Source: Clostridia bacterium
GTDB lineage: Bacteria; Bacillota; Clostridia; UMGS1883; UMGS1540
Length of the DNA: 64,000 nt
Assembly (NCBI GenBank): GCA_017450025.1
Contig: JAFSYJ010000039.1
Location: 24,681-88,680, forward strand
Direction: 5' to 3'
Positions 1 through 9,564 of the stretch are shown piece by piece (position 1 is the first letter of the stretch; each line of letters opens with the position of its first letter). The position numbers and the translations under genes were made by a program. The notes beneath the pieces were generated by a model. It worked only from the letters and a program-made list of their open reading frames with translations. It ran no database searches and was not told the DNA's origin.

Positions 1-1367
1 CATAATTCTTCCTCGCTAAACCTTGCTTTTCTGCTCTGCCCCTGCGATTTTTCTCTTTTTTCAAGTAGCTTGCGTTCAAACTTTGTCATTTCGTCAGTAT
101 CTTTGATTTTTAGTTGCATTTCCTTGACAGGGTCAAAGAAAAACGACATCGGAATAATTCTTATTGCCATACTCGACCAATAGTAGAACATAGTATTATC
201 AGTCATATACGAGACAAGCATATATGTATTGATGGTTATAAAGCATACCGCAACCTTTTCTCCGCACCGCGTGAGAAACCAGTGTGTCTGATAAACATAA
301 TACCACATTATCCACATTAAAAAGCCCCAGAATCCAAGCTCAACATACATTTTAAGTATGTCATTGTGAACAGCCGTGATGTTTACGACCTGATCCTTTG
401 TGCCCTTCATAGTTCTCAATAGTTGGACGCAAAACTCATATCCCTTTCCTCTGTATGACGGAGATATTGTATAAAACTTTGAAATAAAGTCGTATATCTT
501 CTCGCGGCCCATAAGCTCTATCTCGTGTTCTTCCAAAAACGCAGTAAATGCCCCCGAATGAATAATACTCAAATAATAATAACAAAATACCACCACAATC
601 AGCGACATAACCGTAACAAATCTCACCTGCGATTTGGGGTTAAGCCACGAGGCGAAAGCTCCAACCGCAAGAGCAAGAAGCATACTGACAAACGCTATAC
701 GCTTCAGCCCCGCCACAAACAAAAATAGTGCTATTCCGGCATAGAGATACCTGTGCTTTTCGCCATGGCAGAAAAAGAGAAAATATATAACATACACACC
801 CATAACAAAAGTTATATCGTGTATTTCTATTGCTCTTATAAACTTTGAATTTTCTACAAGCTCCGACGCTCCGAAAGATGTGATATTTTTTATCATATCA
901 CTAATGGCGCCCCCAACACCTGTCGTGAGCGCACCTAATATAATAATAACGAAATTTCCCAATGCCAGTCCGAAGAATGTATATTTTGCGGCTTTTTCTT
1001 CAAACATATAACCTGCCGATACAACAATAAGTATATTCAAAAACTGAAAGGACATTTTAGATACGCCCTTTAGTATATATCCGACAGTCTGAAAGTCAAG
1101 TATCCATATAATAACAGACCAGAGAATTACGCCCATAATGATAGAGACATAAATCATAAAAAGGTGAAAAAGCACCTTTATATTTTTGAAGTTACCCGAC
1201 CACATAAGGTAAATAAGCGCCAATCCGACAGCGCCTGCCGATACAACCTTTGGCAAGCCGCCCAAAGCTAAATTTATTACCTTCCAATCACCCATTGCGG
1301 CACAAAAAATAAAAAATATGTAGAACCCTTTATATGCTTTTGAATTTTTCGTGTAAGGTACATTCAT
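1..1367 (-). CDS. O-antigen polymerase/ligase (Wzy_C)-like polytopic membrane protein; 3' end runs off the window start
   Basis: I translated the minus strand by hand from the ATG at 1365-1367 (MNVPYTKNSKAYKGFYIFF...). The reading is open to position 1, with many predicted TM helices and an HND-x7-LGxxG motif (AVHNDILKMYVELGFWGFL) typical of O-antigen ligase/Wzy_C. It is missing from the ORF track because it has no stop inside the window. It sits in a glycosyltransferase neighbourhood. Confidence 0.6.
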   Translation of the reverse strand, partial: MNVPYTKNSKAYKGFYIFFIFCAAMGDWKVINLALGGLPKVVSAGAVGLALIYLMWSGNFKNIKVLFHLFMIYVSIIMGVILWSVIIWILDFQTVGYILKGVSKMSFQFLNILIVVSAGYMFEEKAAKYTFFGLALGNFVIIILGALTTGVGGAISDMIKNITSFGASELVENSKFIRAIEIHDITFVMGVYVIYFLFFCHGEKHRYLYAGIALFLFVAGLKRIAFVSMLLALAVGAFASWLNPKSQVRFVTVMSLIVVVFCYYYLSIIHSGAFTAFLEEHEIELMGREKIYDFISKFYTISPSYRGKGYEFCVQLLRTMKGTKDQVVNITAVHNDILKMYVELGFWGFLMWIMWYYVYQTHWFLTRCGEKVAVCFITINTYMLVSYMTDNTMFYYWSSMAIRIIPMSFFFDPVKEMQLKIKDTDEMTKFERKLLEKREKSQGQSRKARFSEEEL

Positions 1368-1458
1368 ACATAATTCCCCATGCTAATCTATTATATATCT
1401 ACTATATTATACAGTAAAAGTCGCATCCCGTCAAGAGTTTTCGGCACCTTTGTAGGCT

Positions 1459-2577
1459 TTACGCGCCAATCTTTTTTAATTTTTTTGCTATGCTTATTTT
1501 TACCTTTCCGATAAGATGAAATAATTTGTCATATTTAAAGCACATTTTAAGTAATGTAAATCTTCTTTTGCGGGCATATTCCACGGGCAGCATCCACCAG
1601 CGGCTGCTCGGACTGCCAAAGTCAAACTCGTTTATAGTGCTTTTATAAGGTTCTGTGTCCAAAAGCTTTTTGAACTCCGCCTTTCTTACCTTGCGCGGCT
1701 TTGGGTTGTTTCTGTGAAAAATATCAAGCCTGAGCCTGTCAATTACCAAAACTACCATTCTGTTCTTTTTATAAAGATTTTTTACTTCTTCGTCATCGGG
1801 ATATACCTTTTGCATACAGTCGAGCTGATTATGCAAAATAGTATCAACGGTTTTTGCGTTATCCTCGCTGTATCTTTTTGTTATACCCATCGGGTTTTTT
1901 CTGTAATAATACATTGTGTACGGCAGATATGCTATTTTTTTTGCACAAGCATACGCCTCTGTATTAAACACGCTGTCCTGCGCCTTTTTCTGTCCCGGCG
2001 GGAATTGAAGATTGTTGTCTACAATAAATGATTTCCGGTAAAGCGCGCCCCACGCGGCGTGATAAAATACCTCTTTGCTCATACCGTAGCTTTGGGGGTC
2101 AAACGGCATTTGGCAAAGTACGGAAAGACTGATTTGACGCCCTGCTTCTTCGGGCAGTTCAACGAGCTTTGTAACAGTGCAGACAGGGTCAGCTTCCTTT
2201 TTGTCAATAAATATCTTTCTGTCGTGGATAATAATATCGTAATCTGTATCGTAAAACGACAACGCAGTTTCAACACAGTAGTCAGACATAAGGTCGTCAC
2301 CGTCGGCAAAAAATATCCACTTGCCCTGCGCTTCTTCCACAGTGCGGTTTCGTACAACGCTTAATCCCTGATTTTGCCCCATATCTATATACCTGATATG
2401 GCAGTTTTTTTCTGCGTATTCTTTGCATATATCCGTGCTGTTGTCGGTTGATGCGTCATTTATAAGAAGTAGCTCCGTTTCGTCTGTCAGCTGTCCCATT
2501 ATCCCCTCGATATATTCTCTGAGCAGTTCTTCGCCAACATTATATATCGCAGCCCCTATTGTCAATTTTAATGACAT
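1459..2577 (-). CDS. Family 2 glycosyltransferase (GT2)
   Basis: GT2 signature: DASTDNS (nucleotide-sugar binding) and DGDD motifs. Start chosen at the ATG at 2575-2577 (MSLKLTIGAAIYN), which follows GGAAGGGAG by about 9 nt. The longer track ORF would translate through that RBS. Confidence 0.85.
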   Translation of the reverse strand: MSLKLTIGAAIYNVGEELLREYIEGIMGQLTDETELLLINDASTDNSTDICKEYAEKNCHIRYIDMGQNQGLSVVRNRTVEEAQGKWIFFADGDDLMSDYCVETALSFYDTDYDIIIHDRKIFIDKKEADPVCTVTKLVELPEEAGRQISLSVLCQMPFDPQSYGMSKEVFYHAAWGALYRKSFIVDNNLQFPPGQKKAQDSVFNTEAYACAKKIAYLPYTMYYYRKNPMGITKRYSEDNAKTVDTILHNQLDCMQKVYPDDEEVKNLYKKNRMVVLVIDRLRLDIFHRNNPKPRKVRKAEFKKLLDTEPYKSTINEFDFGSPSSRWWMLPVEYARKRRFTLLKMCFKYDKLFHLIGKVKISIAKKLKKIGA

Positions 2578-2797
2578 ATAAGTACAACTCCCTTCCTCTT
2601 TTATGCCATAAAAACTCATAATAATTATATCATTAAATCTTTTTTATGTCAAGCACAGCGGATTTCTCGAAAAAAAAGCAAAATTTTGGGTTGATTTTTA
2701 TGTTGATTTGCGCTATAATAAGAATAAAAAGATATTTATTTAAGTTTACTAATGTTATATCGCTTTTATTTTTTGCAAAAAGGAAGTTATACTAACT

Positions 2798-3097
2798 ATG
2801 TACAAAAAGAGAAAAACAGGATGGCTGGAGCATTTTGACTTTAAAATACTCGATGTAGTCGTTTTGCTTGCCGTATTCTCCCTAACTATTGTAAGACACA
2901 CCCAATTCACAATGATGGAGCTTGTAAGCAGCGTCATTATTTTAGTTTTGTTTGAATTTTTATTTGATATTGTAACTGAATATCACAGAGGAATAATGTA
3001 TAGAGGTGTCCTTAAGGAGTTTGCCCTGTCCGTTGTAAATATGGGCGTGAGCTGCGGCGTTATTGTTTTGTATCTGACTTATATAGCAAAACAGTAG
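2798..3097 (+). CDS. N-terminal membrane fragment of the initiating sugar phosphotransferase
   Basis: AAGGAAG RBS 8 nt upstream of the ATG. Three hydrophobic helices. Terminates at the in-frame TAG. Confidence 0.5.
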   Translation: MYKKRKTGWLEHFDFKILDVVVLLAVFSLTIVRHTQFTMMELVSSVIILVLFEFLFDIVTEYHRGIMYRGVLKEFALSVVNMGVSCGVIVLYLTYIAKQ

Positions 3098-3136
3098 CTT
3101 GACCAAGAAACTGCTTATACATTCTTTCTTGCAAGT

Positions 3137-4228
3137 ATGGGTATCGACTACATAGCAAAGGTGCTTTACAAAGAGCTTGTCAAAAAGGGTCTCAGCATCT
3201 ATAACAGTAAGCGTAAAATGATTTTGATAGCTATGGACGACAACATTGACCAATTTGTGCAGTCCGTTCAAAAGCACTCTTTCGGTCAGGTTGAAATTTC
3301 AGGAATAGTTATTATTGAAAGCCAGAGGTATAAGGTCGGAGACAGTATTATGGGTTACCCCTTTATTTCAGAAATAGATGACCTTCCCGATTATCTTTTA
3401 AATCAATGGATTGATGAAGTATTTATGAACCTCCCCAGCAGGAGAGCTCCGAGAGGAGTTATAGAAAAACTAACGGAAATGGGTATCACAACCCACCGCG
3501 CCATAGACTTCCGAATTGATGAAGATAACAACAAAATGGTTGAGACTGTTGCGGGCTACACCTGCCTTACAGAAAGCGTCAGAATAATGCAGTCAAATCA
3601 GTTCTTTGCAAAACGGCTTATGGATATAGTAGGCGGTTTTGTAGGTTCGATAATGACAATAATAATTACGATTTTTATAGCGCCTCTCATTTTTATAACA
3701 GATCCGGGACCGATATTCTTTACACAGCCTCGCATTGGTAAAGGCGGAAGAGTTTTTAAAATGATTAAATTCCGTTCAATGTATAAAAACGCGGAAGAAC
3801 GCAAAGCGGAGCTTATGAAGCATAATACCGTTTCAGACGGAATGATGTTCAAGATGGATAACGACCCAAGAATTCTCGGCAGCGGTTCAGACGGAACAAA
3901 GAAAGGCATCGGCTGGTTTATCCGCAAATTCTCTATTGATGAATTCCCACAGTTCTTTTTGGTACTTACGGGACATATGTCGCTTGTCGGAACGCGCCCG
4001 CCCACGCTTGACGAATGGGAAAGGTACAGCTCGTGGCACAGAGCCCGTATGGCAATAAGACCCGGTATTACGGGAATGTGGCAGACAAACGGCAGAAGCG
4101 ATATTACCAATTTTGAAGAAGTCGTAAATCTCGATATGGAATACATAAGGAATATGAGCGTTTGGTTTGATATTAAGCTCATTTTTAAAACTATCAAAAA
4201 TCAGTTTATAGGTAAAGGCGCAAAATAA
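3137..4228 (+). CDS. C-terminal fragment (central plus catalytic domains) of the initiating sugar phosphotransferase
   Basis: Strong family motifs as above. No obvious SD precedes the ATG at 3137, so independent translation is doubtful. Confidence 0.7.
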   Translation: MGIDYIAKVLYKELVKKGLSIYNSKRKMILIAMDDNIDQFVQSVQKHSFGQVEISGIVIIESQRYKVGDSIMGYPFISEIDDLPDYLLNQWIDEVFMNLPSRRAPRGVIEKLTEMGITTHRAIDFRIDEDNNKMVETVAGYTCLTESVRIMQSNQFFAKRLMDIVGGFVGSIMTIIITIFIAPLIFITDPGPIFFTQPRIGKGGRVFKMIKFRSMYKNAEERKAELMKHNTVSDGMMFKMDNDPRILGSGSDGTKKGIGWFIRKFSIDEFPQFFLVLTGHMSLVGTRPPTLDEWERYSSWHRARMAIRPGITGMWQTNGRSDITNFEEVVNLDMEYIRNMSVWFDIKLIFKTIKNQFIGKGAK

Positions 4229-4234
4229 AAATTT

Positions 4235-4272
4235 AAGGCGTGTTGATAAAAATATCGACACGCCTTATTTAT
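4235..4272. terminator. Bidirectional rho-independent terminator between convergent genes
   Basis: AAGGCGTGTTGAT-aaaaat-ATCGACACGCCTT, a 13-bp stem with one G-U pair, flanked by A/T runs on both sides. Confidence 0.5.
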
Positions 4273-4281
4273 GTAATCATA

Positions 4282-5469
4282 TTAACCTTTTAATTGCGCC
4301 AGCTTACGCTTTATCTTTTTCGGAATCAAGCTTTTTACAAAACCGACAGCGCGTTTTTTGTAATTCTTTTTAAATCCATATATAAAAGCATCATATCCAT
4401 TTTCTTTATACATTTTTACAAGCCTGTTGTGTTCGGGCGTAGGCACGCTCGCGCCTGTGAGCTGCTTGTTTCGTTTTTCGACGCTTTTTCTGTCAGATGC
4501 ACACATCAGCAGTCTGCTTTCTATTCCAGACAGCCACTTTTTGCCCTTATCGGAATTAACAAGCACACACGAAATTCCGTTTTCGATGTCCGCGCCGTTC
4601 ATTTTTGAAACAAGCTCCTGCCTTATTCCCCAATAATCGCCGAGCGTTATATCGCCCTGACGACCTTCGCACGGGAATCTGCAGTTGTAGCAGCTTTCGC
4701 GATATACCTCACCGCCCAAAAAATAAAAATAATACGGCGATGTGTTCTCGTTATATTTGACATTTGCGGTTGCGCCGTTTAAGGAGCCTTTAACTCCCCA
4801 CCCGTACTTTTTATCTCTGAACTTTATATCTTTAATGTCAATTTTTTTCTTTTTGGCAAAATACGCCAAATCATCACGCAGCATTTTAACACTCGGAACA
4901 CCGTGGCATATCAGATCGATTGTCAAAAGATTGTCGTAACCCTTTTTCAAAAACGCCTTGAGTCCTGCGATCTGACAGGGAGTTCCCGAATAACACACAT
5001 ATTGTCCGCTTTTAAGGAGTTCTTCCGCTTTTTTAAATGTGTCGCCCGTTGCGCTCTGAACATATTTTGAACCTCTGAGCTTATCTAAATTGCTTTTGTC
5101 ATTTACGCAAATGTGGCGCAAAGAAAAATCTTCATCCCACGCGGCACCGAGCACCGCTCCGCCCTTTTCTATAACAGCCTCGGCAAGCTCGGTAAATATT
5201 CCGCCCGAGGATGATTGCGACAATACCTCTTTGTTTTTTGTGACAGCGGCATATACTAAAGGCTCTCCGTTTGCACCAACCGATTTTTCGCAAAAAACAC
5301 ATACCTTGCGGCATTGACCACACCCGACACACTTTTCTTCGTCAACTTCGGGATAAAAAAATCCCATTTCGTTTTCTTTCATTTCTATTGCGCCGCACGG
5401 ACATATATTTACACACGCTCCGCAGCCGCAGCAATCTTTTAGGTTGTCAATTTTAATATAATCCTTCAT
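4282..5469 (-). CDS. Coenzyme F420 hydrogenase/dehydrogenase beta-subunit (FrhB)-like Fe-S flavoprotein with an N-terminal 2x[4Fe-4S] ferredoxin domain
   Basis: CxxCxxCxxxCP motifs (CGCGACVNICP, CVGCGQCRKVC) followed by the FrhB-like C-terminal domain. Start at MKDYIKIDN (ATG 5467-5469) with AGGTGA 6 nt upstream. This family is common in polysaccharide loci. Confidence 0.75.
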   Translation of the reverse strand: MKDYIKIDNLKDCCGCGACVNICPCGAIEMKENEMGFFYPEVDEEKCVGCGQCRKVCVFCEKSVGANGEPLVYAAVTKNKEVLSQSSSGGIFTELAEAVIEKGGAVLGAAWDEDFSLRHICVNDKSNLDKLRGSKYVQSATGDTFKKAEELLKSGQYVCYSGTPCQIAGLKAFLKKGYDNLLTIDLICHGVPSVKMLRDDLAYFAKKKKIDIKDIKFRDKKYGWGVKGSLNGATANVKYNENTSPYYFYFLGGEVYRESCYNCRFPCEGRQGDITLGDYWGIRQELVSKMNGADIENGISCVLVNSDKGKKWLSGIESRLLMCASDRKSVEKRNKQLTGASVPTPEHNRLVKMYKENGYDAFIYGFKKNYKKRAVGFVKSLIPKKIKRKLAQLKG

Positions 5470-5637
5470 TTTTTCACCTGTATTCATTTCGGTTTCTGTT
5501 ATGTAACATCTTAAGCTAAATATAGCATAAAACATAAATTTTTTCAAGTCTTTTATGAATTAACTTGAATACATAGTTTTTTTGTGCTATACTGTTATAG
5601 GTGTCATAAATTTACAATGTTATTAGGAGAAATCTAT

Positions 5638-6765
5638 ATGAAAATAGCAATGATAGGTCACAAGCGTATTCCTTCCAGAAGTGGCGGTATAGAAGTCGTT
5701 GTTGAAGAACTTTCTGTAAGAATGGCACAGCTCGGTCATTCTGTCGATGTCTATAACCGTCATAGCGGAGAAGAAAAGCTCAAAGAGTATAAGGGCGTAA
5801 AGATAATAGAAGTTCCGACATTTAATGTGCCTGCTCTGCACGCCTTGCTCGGTTCTCTTTTTGCAACGGTAAAATGTATCTTCCGTAAATACGATGTTGT
5901 TCACTATCACGCAGAAGGTCCCTGCTCAATGATTCCGCTTGCAAAGCTTTTCGGAAAGAAAACAGTTGCAACAATTCACGGTCTTGATTGGCAAAGGAGC
6001 AAATGGGGCGGCTTTGCGACACGCTACCTGATGTTCGGTGAAAAGATGGCGGCAAAGCATGCCGATAAGCTTATCGTACTCTCCAAAAATGTTCAAAAGT
6101 ATTTTAAGGATACATATAACTGCGACGCCGTTTTAATTCCAAACGGTATCGACCGTGCAGGTTCGATCGCGCCTGATATAATTAAATCCGAATACAACCT
6201 TGAAGGCGGAGATTATATTCTGTTTTTGGCAAGAATAACGCCCGAAAAAGGGCTTGATTATCTTATAGACGCGTATAAAAATCTAAATACAGACAAAAAG
6301 CTTGTTATAGCAGGCGCATTGGAGCCTGAAACCGAATATATAGCGTCTGTAAAGGAAAAAGCAAAGGATTGCCCCAACATAATATTTACAGGGTTTGTCA
6401 GCGGTCAAAAGCTCAGAGAGCTTTTTGCAAACTCGTATCTTTATATACTCCCGAGCGATATAGAGGGTATGCCGATAAGTCTTTTAGAGGCCGTCGGATA
6501 TGACACAAAGGTATTGGTAAGCGATATTCCCGAGAATGTTGACTGCCTTGACGGTTACGGCACATCGTTTGAACATTCAAACAGCGAATCCCTGCGTCAA
6601 AAACTACAATTCTGCCTTGACCGTGAAGACCTCCGCGAATGTGATTTCAAGGAGAATGAAACTCCTGAAGAAACACGCGGAAAGCGCGAAGCTCTTATCA
6701 AAAAATACGATTGGGACAATATAACCTCGCAAACACTTGACCTTTATAGTTCGCTTAAAAAGTAA
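5638..6765 (+). CDS. Family 4 glycosyltransferase (GT4, retaining)
   Basis: MKIAMIGHKRIPSRSGGIEVVVEEL N-terminus and the EX7E motif (EGMPISLLEA). GGAGA RBS precedes the ATG at 5638. Confidence 0.85.
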   Translation: MKIAMIGHKRIPSRSGGIEVVVEELSVRMAQLGHSVDVYNRHSGEEKLKEYKGVKIIEVPTFNVPALHALLGSLFATVKCIFRKYDVVHYHAEGPCSMIPLAKLFGKKTVATIHGLDWQRSKWGGFATRYLMFGEKMAAKHADKLIVLSKNVQKYFKDTYNCDAVLIPNGIDRAGSIAPDIIKSEYNLEGGDYILFLARITPEKGLDYLIDAYKNLNTDKKLVIAGALEPETEYIASVKEKAKDCPNIIFTGFVSGQKLRELFANSYLYILPSDIEGMPISLLEAVGYDTKVLVSDIPENVDCLDGYGTSFEHSNSESLRQKLQFCLDREDLRECDFKENETPEETRGKREALIKKYDWDNITSQTLDLYSSLKK

Positions 6766-6780
6766 CCGGGAGAATTAAAA

Positions 6781-8313
6781 ATGGCTACAAGAACACAACA
6801 CGCTAAGCGTAATATAATTACATCTATATCAAATAAGCTTGTAACTATGTTTGCCACATTTATAATGCGCACCATAATTATACGCTATCTCGGCAGCATA
6901 TATTTAGGTCTTGACAGCCTGTTTGTATCTATTTTGTCCATACTGTCTCTGGCGGAGCTTGGCGTCGGCTCGGCAATGGTGTTCAGTATGTATAAGCCGA
7001 TTGCAGAAAACGACACCCCTGCCGTCTGTGCGCTTCTTAAGCTGTATCGCACAATATACAGATGGATTGCACTTGCGATGACGGTTATAGGTCTTTTAAT
7101 GGTTCCTTTTTTGCATATAATCGTAAAGACCGAACTCCCGGAGGGCTTAAATCTTTATATACTGTATTTTATTAATCTTTCAAGCTCGGTTTTAAGCTAT
7201 ATGCTTTTCGCATACCGCAGCTCTTTGTTTACCGCAACACAGCACTTTTCGGTTAATAACAACATCGTTACATATTTTAAAATTGCATCTTCTGTACTTC
7301 AGGCAGCAGCAGTAATGATATTCCGGAACTACTATTATTACTGTCTTGTACTGCCTCTTACTGAATTGGCAAAAAATTACGCAATATATATTATTTCAAA
7401 TAAAATGTATCCTCAGTACCAATGTGAGGGGACTGTCCCCAAAGACGAGCTTGACAATATCAAAAAGCGCGTCGCAGGTATGTTTTTGTATAAGCTAAGC
7501 GGCGTGTTCCGCAACTCGTTTGACAGCATAGTTTTGTCGGCATTTTTGGGGCTTCATATACTTGCCAAGTACAACAATTACTTTTATATATTAAACGCCA
7601 TTACAGGTATTATTATTCTTACTTCATCAAGTGTAACTGCAAGCGTCGGTAACTCTATTGTTTTAGAAACAAAAAAGAAGAATTATGATGACTTCAATAA
7701 AATACAACTTCTTTATATGTGGCTGATGTCGTGGTCAACGATATGCCTTTTGTGCTGTTATCAGCCGTTTGTCAAGCTCTGGGTAGGCGAAGATATGCTG
7801 TTCGGAGACGGCATAATGATAATTTTCTGCGTATATTACCTGACAATGGGCTTTAACAGAATATGTTATATATACCGTCAGGCGGCGGGGTTATGGTGGC
7901 AGGACAGATACAGACCTGTTGTCGAGTCCGTAGTAAATCTAGCCTTAAATATTATACTTGTAAAGTACATAGGCGTTGTCGGAGTAATGTTTTCAACGAT
8001 CTTCTGCCTCGTTACAATTAACTGTATCTGGGGAGCGCATACTTTGTTCAAGCATTACTTTACAGAAGAAAACATGACAGTATATCTGTTAAAAATCGGT
8101 CTATTTTCTGTGCTGACAGCGGTATCGGGCGTAATATGTTATTTTATATGCCTTCGTTTACCGTTCACAGGGATTATGGCAATTATAATAAATCTGGCGA
8201 TTGCTACGCTCGTTTCCAATATTGTTTTTGCCGCAGGATGCAGCTTTCTGCCCGAATTTAAACCTGCTATCAGCTTTGTACGCAATACCGTCGGTTTAAA
8301 AAGAAAAGGTTAA
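6781..8313 (+). CDS. Wzx-type oligosaccharide flippase (polysaccharide biosynthesis protein, MOP superfamily)
   Basis: About 14 predicted TM helices, length 510 aa, GGGAGA RBS, and position inside a glycosyltransferase locus. Confidence 0.8.
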   Translation: MATRTQHAKRNIITSISNKLVTMFATFIMRTIIIRYLGSIYLGLDSLFVSILSILSLAELGVGSAMVFSMYKPIAENDTPAVCALLKLYRTIYRWIALAMTVIGLLMVPFLHIIVKTELPEGLNLYILYFINLSSSVLSYMLFAYRSSLFTATQHFSVNNNIVTYFKIASSVLQAAAVMIFRNYYYYCLVLPLTELAKNYAIYIISNKMYPQYQCEGTVPKDELDNIKKRVAGMFLYKLSGVFRNSFDSIVLSAFLGLHILAKYNNYFYILNAITGIIILTSSSVTASVGNSIVLETKKKNYDDFNKIQLLYMWLMSWSTICLLCCYQPFVKLWVGEDMLFGDGIMIIFCVYYLTMGFNRICYIYRQAAGLWWQDRYRPVVESVVNLALNIILVKYIGVVGVMFSTIFCLVTINCIWGAHTLFKHYFTEENMTVYLLKIGLFSVLTAVSGVICYFICLRLPFTGIMAIIINLAIATLVSNIVFAAGCSFLPEFKPAISFVRNTVGLKRKG

Positions 8314-8362
8314 TAACCGTAATAGTTAAGCCTCACCCTTCTTTTTGTGGGTAAGGCTTTTT

Positions 8363-9532
8363 TTAGAGAAGCTTCAACACAGCTTCATAATTTCGCTGGC
8401 AGTTGTTTTTATCGTTAAATTTATAAAACGTATTCATTCTCTGTAAATACACATCGTCAGGCACAGCACCGTTTTCAAGAATATGCTCAAGCTCGGCAAT
8501 GGCGTCTTCCTCGGTCTCAGTTATTTTTCCGAACCCGTCGTGCCTGTATTCAAAGTACCCTTGTCCGTACTGATGCGTACGGTATTCCTCCTCATCAAAC
8601 TGATAGTGAACAACAGGCTTACGCATATATCCATAATCAAAATACACGCTTGAATAGTCAGTTAACAGCACATCGCTGTTTATAAGCAAATCCTGAACAT
8701 CGTTGTTTTTAAAGTCAGCAATACTGATGCGGCTGTTGTTTGTTTCAAAACAGTCAAGGAACCTGTGCACCTCATAGTGCGGATAAAATACAAGCTCATA
8801 GTCGTATTTTTCGAGCAATTCCGCAAGCCTTTTGCTGTTCAGTAAACTGTTGTATTTTTGACAGTAATCACTCATCAAAAAGCTGCGACGGCTGCAACTG
8901 CGTAATCTGGAACGCCAGGTGGGCATAAAAAGTATTTTCCGCGTCGGAATATCCTTTTTTTTCAGATTGTCATATCTGCAAAGTCCCGTAAGCTGCAAAA
9001 CGCCTTGCTTGTACCCGAATGTTTTATCTACATATTCATATTCAGGCACGGCGGAGCAAACAAACATATCAATATTTGTACGGTCAGCGTGACAAAATTT
9101 TATATCATCTTTTATAATGCCGTGCTGAAGAAATACATTTTTTCCTTTTGACGGTATGAACTTGTTATATTTATTAAAAAACAAAATGTCAGGCGCGTAT
9201 CCTTCAATATGGGTACTTATCTTTGCTTTGGCAAGAATATAACTTATATAGTGGCAAAAGCTCCCGTAGGGAATTATCCTTCCGAGACACGCGACCTTTT
9301 CGTAATCGGGAGAATCTTTTGCAATTATGTACGCCGAATTGATTTCGGGGTGATTTTTGGTTATGTATTTAAAAAAGTGATAGCCGTTATCCCTTGCATC
9401 ATGACCTCTTTCCGACACTATCCAAAGCTCTTTGTATTTTTTGCACCATCTTACAAAAACAGACGCGATCACAGCTGCAACAAGCATAAAAATGAAACGA
9501 ATGAGCTGAAATATTCTTTTTAGTTTATACAC
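8363..9532 (-). CDS. CDP-glycerol glycerophosphotransferase (TagF/TagB family)
   Basis: N-terminal membrane anchor, then a TagF-like domain (FMPTWR, HPxxxxH, VLLTDYSSVYFDY). GTG start at 9530-9532, preceded by GGAGG at a 10-nt spacing. Confidence 0.8.
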   Translation of the reverse strand: MYKLKRIFQLIRFIFMLVAAVIASVFVRWCKKYKELWIVSERGHDARDNGYHFFKYITKNHPEINSAYIIAKDSPDYEKVACLGRIIPYGSFCHYISYILAKAKISTHIEGYAPDILFFNKYNKFIPSKGKNVFLQHGIIKDDIKFCHADRTNIDMFVCSAVPEYEYVDKTFGYKQGVLQLTGLCRYDNLKKKDIPTRKILFMPTWRSRLRSCSRRSFLMSDYCQKYNSLLNSKRLAELLEKYDYELVFYPHYEVHRFLDCFETNNSRISIADFKNNDVQDLLINSDVLLTDYSSVYFDYGYMRKPVVHYQFDEEEYRTHQYGQGYFEYRHDGFGKITETEEDAIAELEHILENGAVPDDVYLQRMNTFYKFNDKNNCQRNYEAVLKLL

Positions 9533-9564
9533 AGTAATACCTCCATATTATCGTCGAATGTATT

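Larger units (their letters stand above)
2798..4228 (+). pseudogene. WbaP/WcaJ-type polyprenyl-phosphate sugar-1-phosphate transferase (initiating enzyme) interrupted by an in-frame TAG at 3095-3097
   Basis: ORF 2798..3097 gives the N-terminal TM helices of the bacterial sugar transferase family. ORF 3137..4228 gives the central domain plus the C-terminal catalytic domain (PRIGKGGRVFKMIKFRSM, DEFPQFFLVLTGHMSLVGTRP, MWQTNGRSD). Both ORFs are in the same frame (2798 and 3137 are both 2 mod 3), separated by a TAG and 13 sense codons. Combined length is about 476 aa, typical for WbaP. Confidence 0.6.

Noticed and set aside
114-728. Two short plus-strand ORFs (68 and 67 aa) at the window start
   Set aside because: Both lie inside the long minus-strand Wzy-like membrane-protein reading frame and have low-complexity, basic composition. 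They are spurious.
3095-3097. TAG reassignment (pyrrolysine, or amber codon reassignment in general) as the explanation for the in-frame stop in the sugar transferase
   Set aside because: TAG is a functional terminator elsewhere in the window (rnfA at 25860-25862, sigH). Nothing suggests a pyl cassette. A nonsense mutation or sequencing error is more economical.
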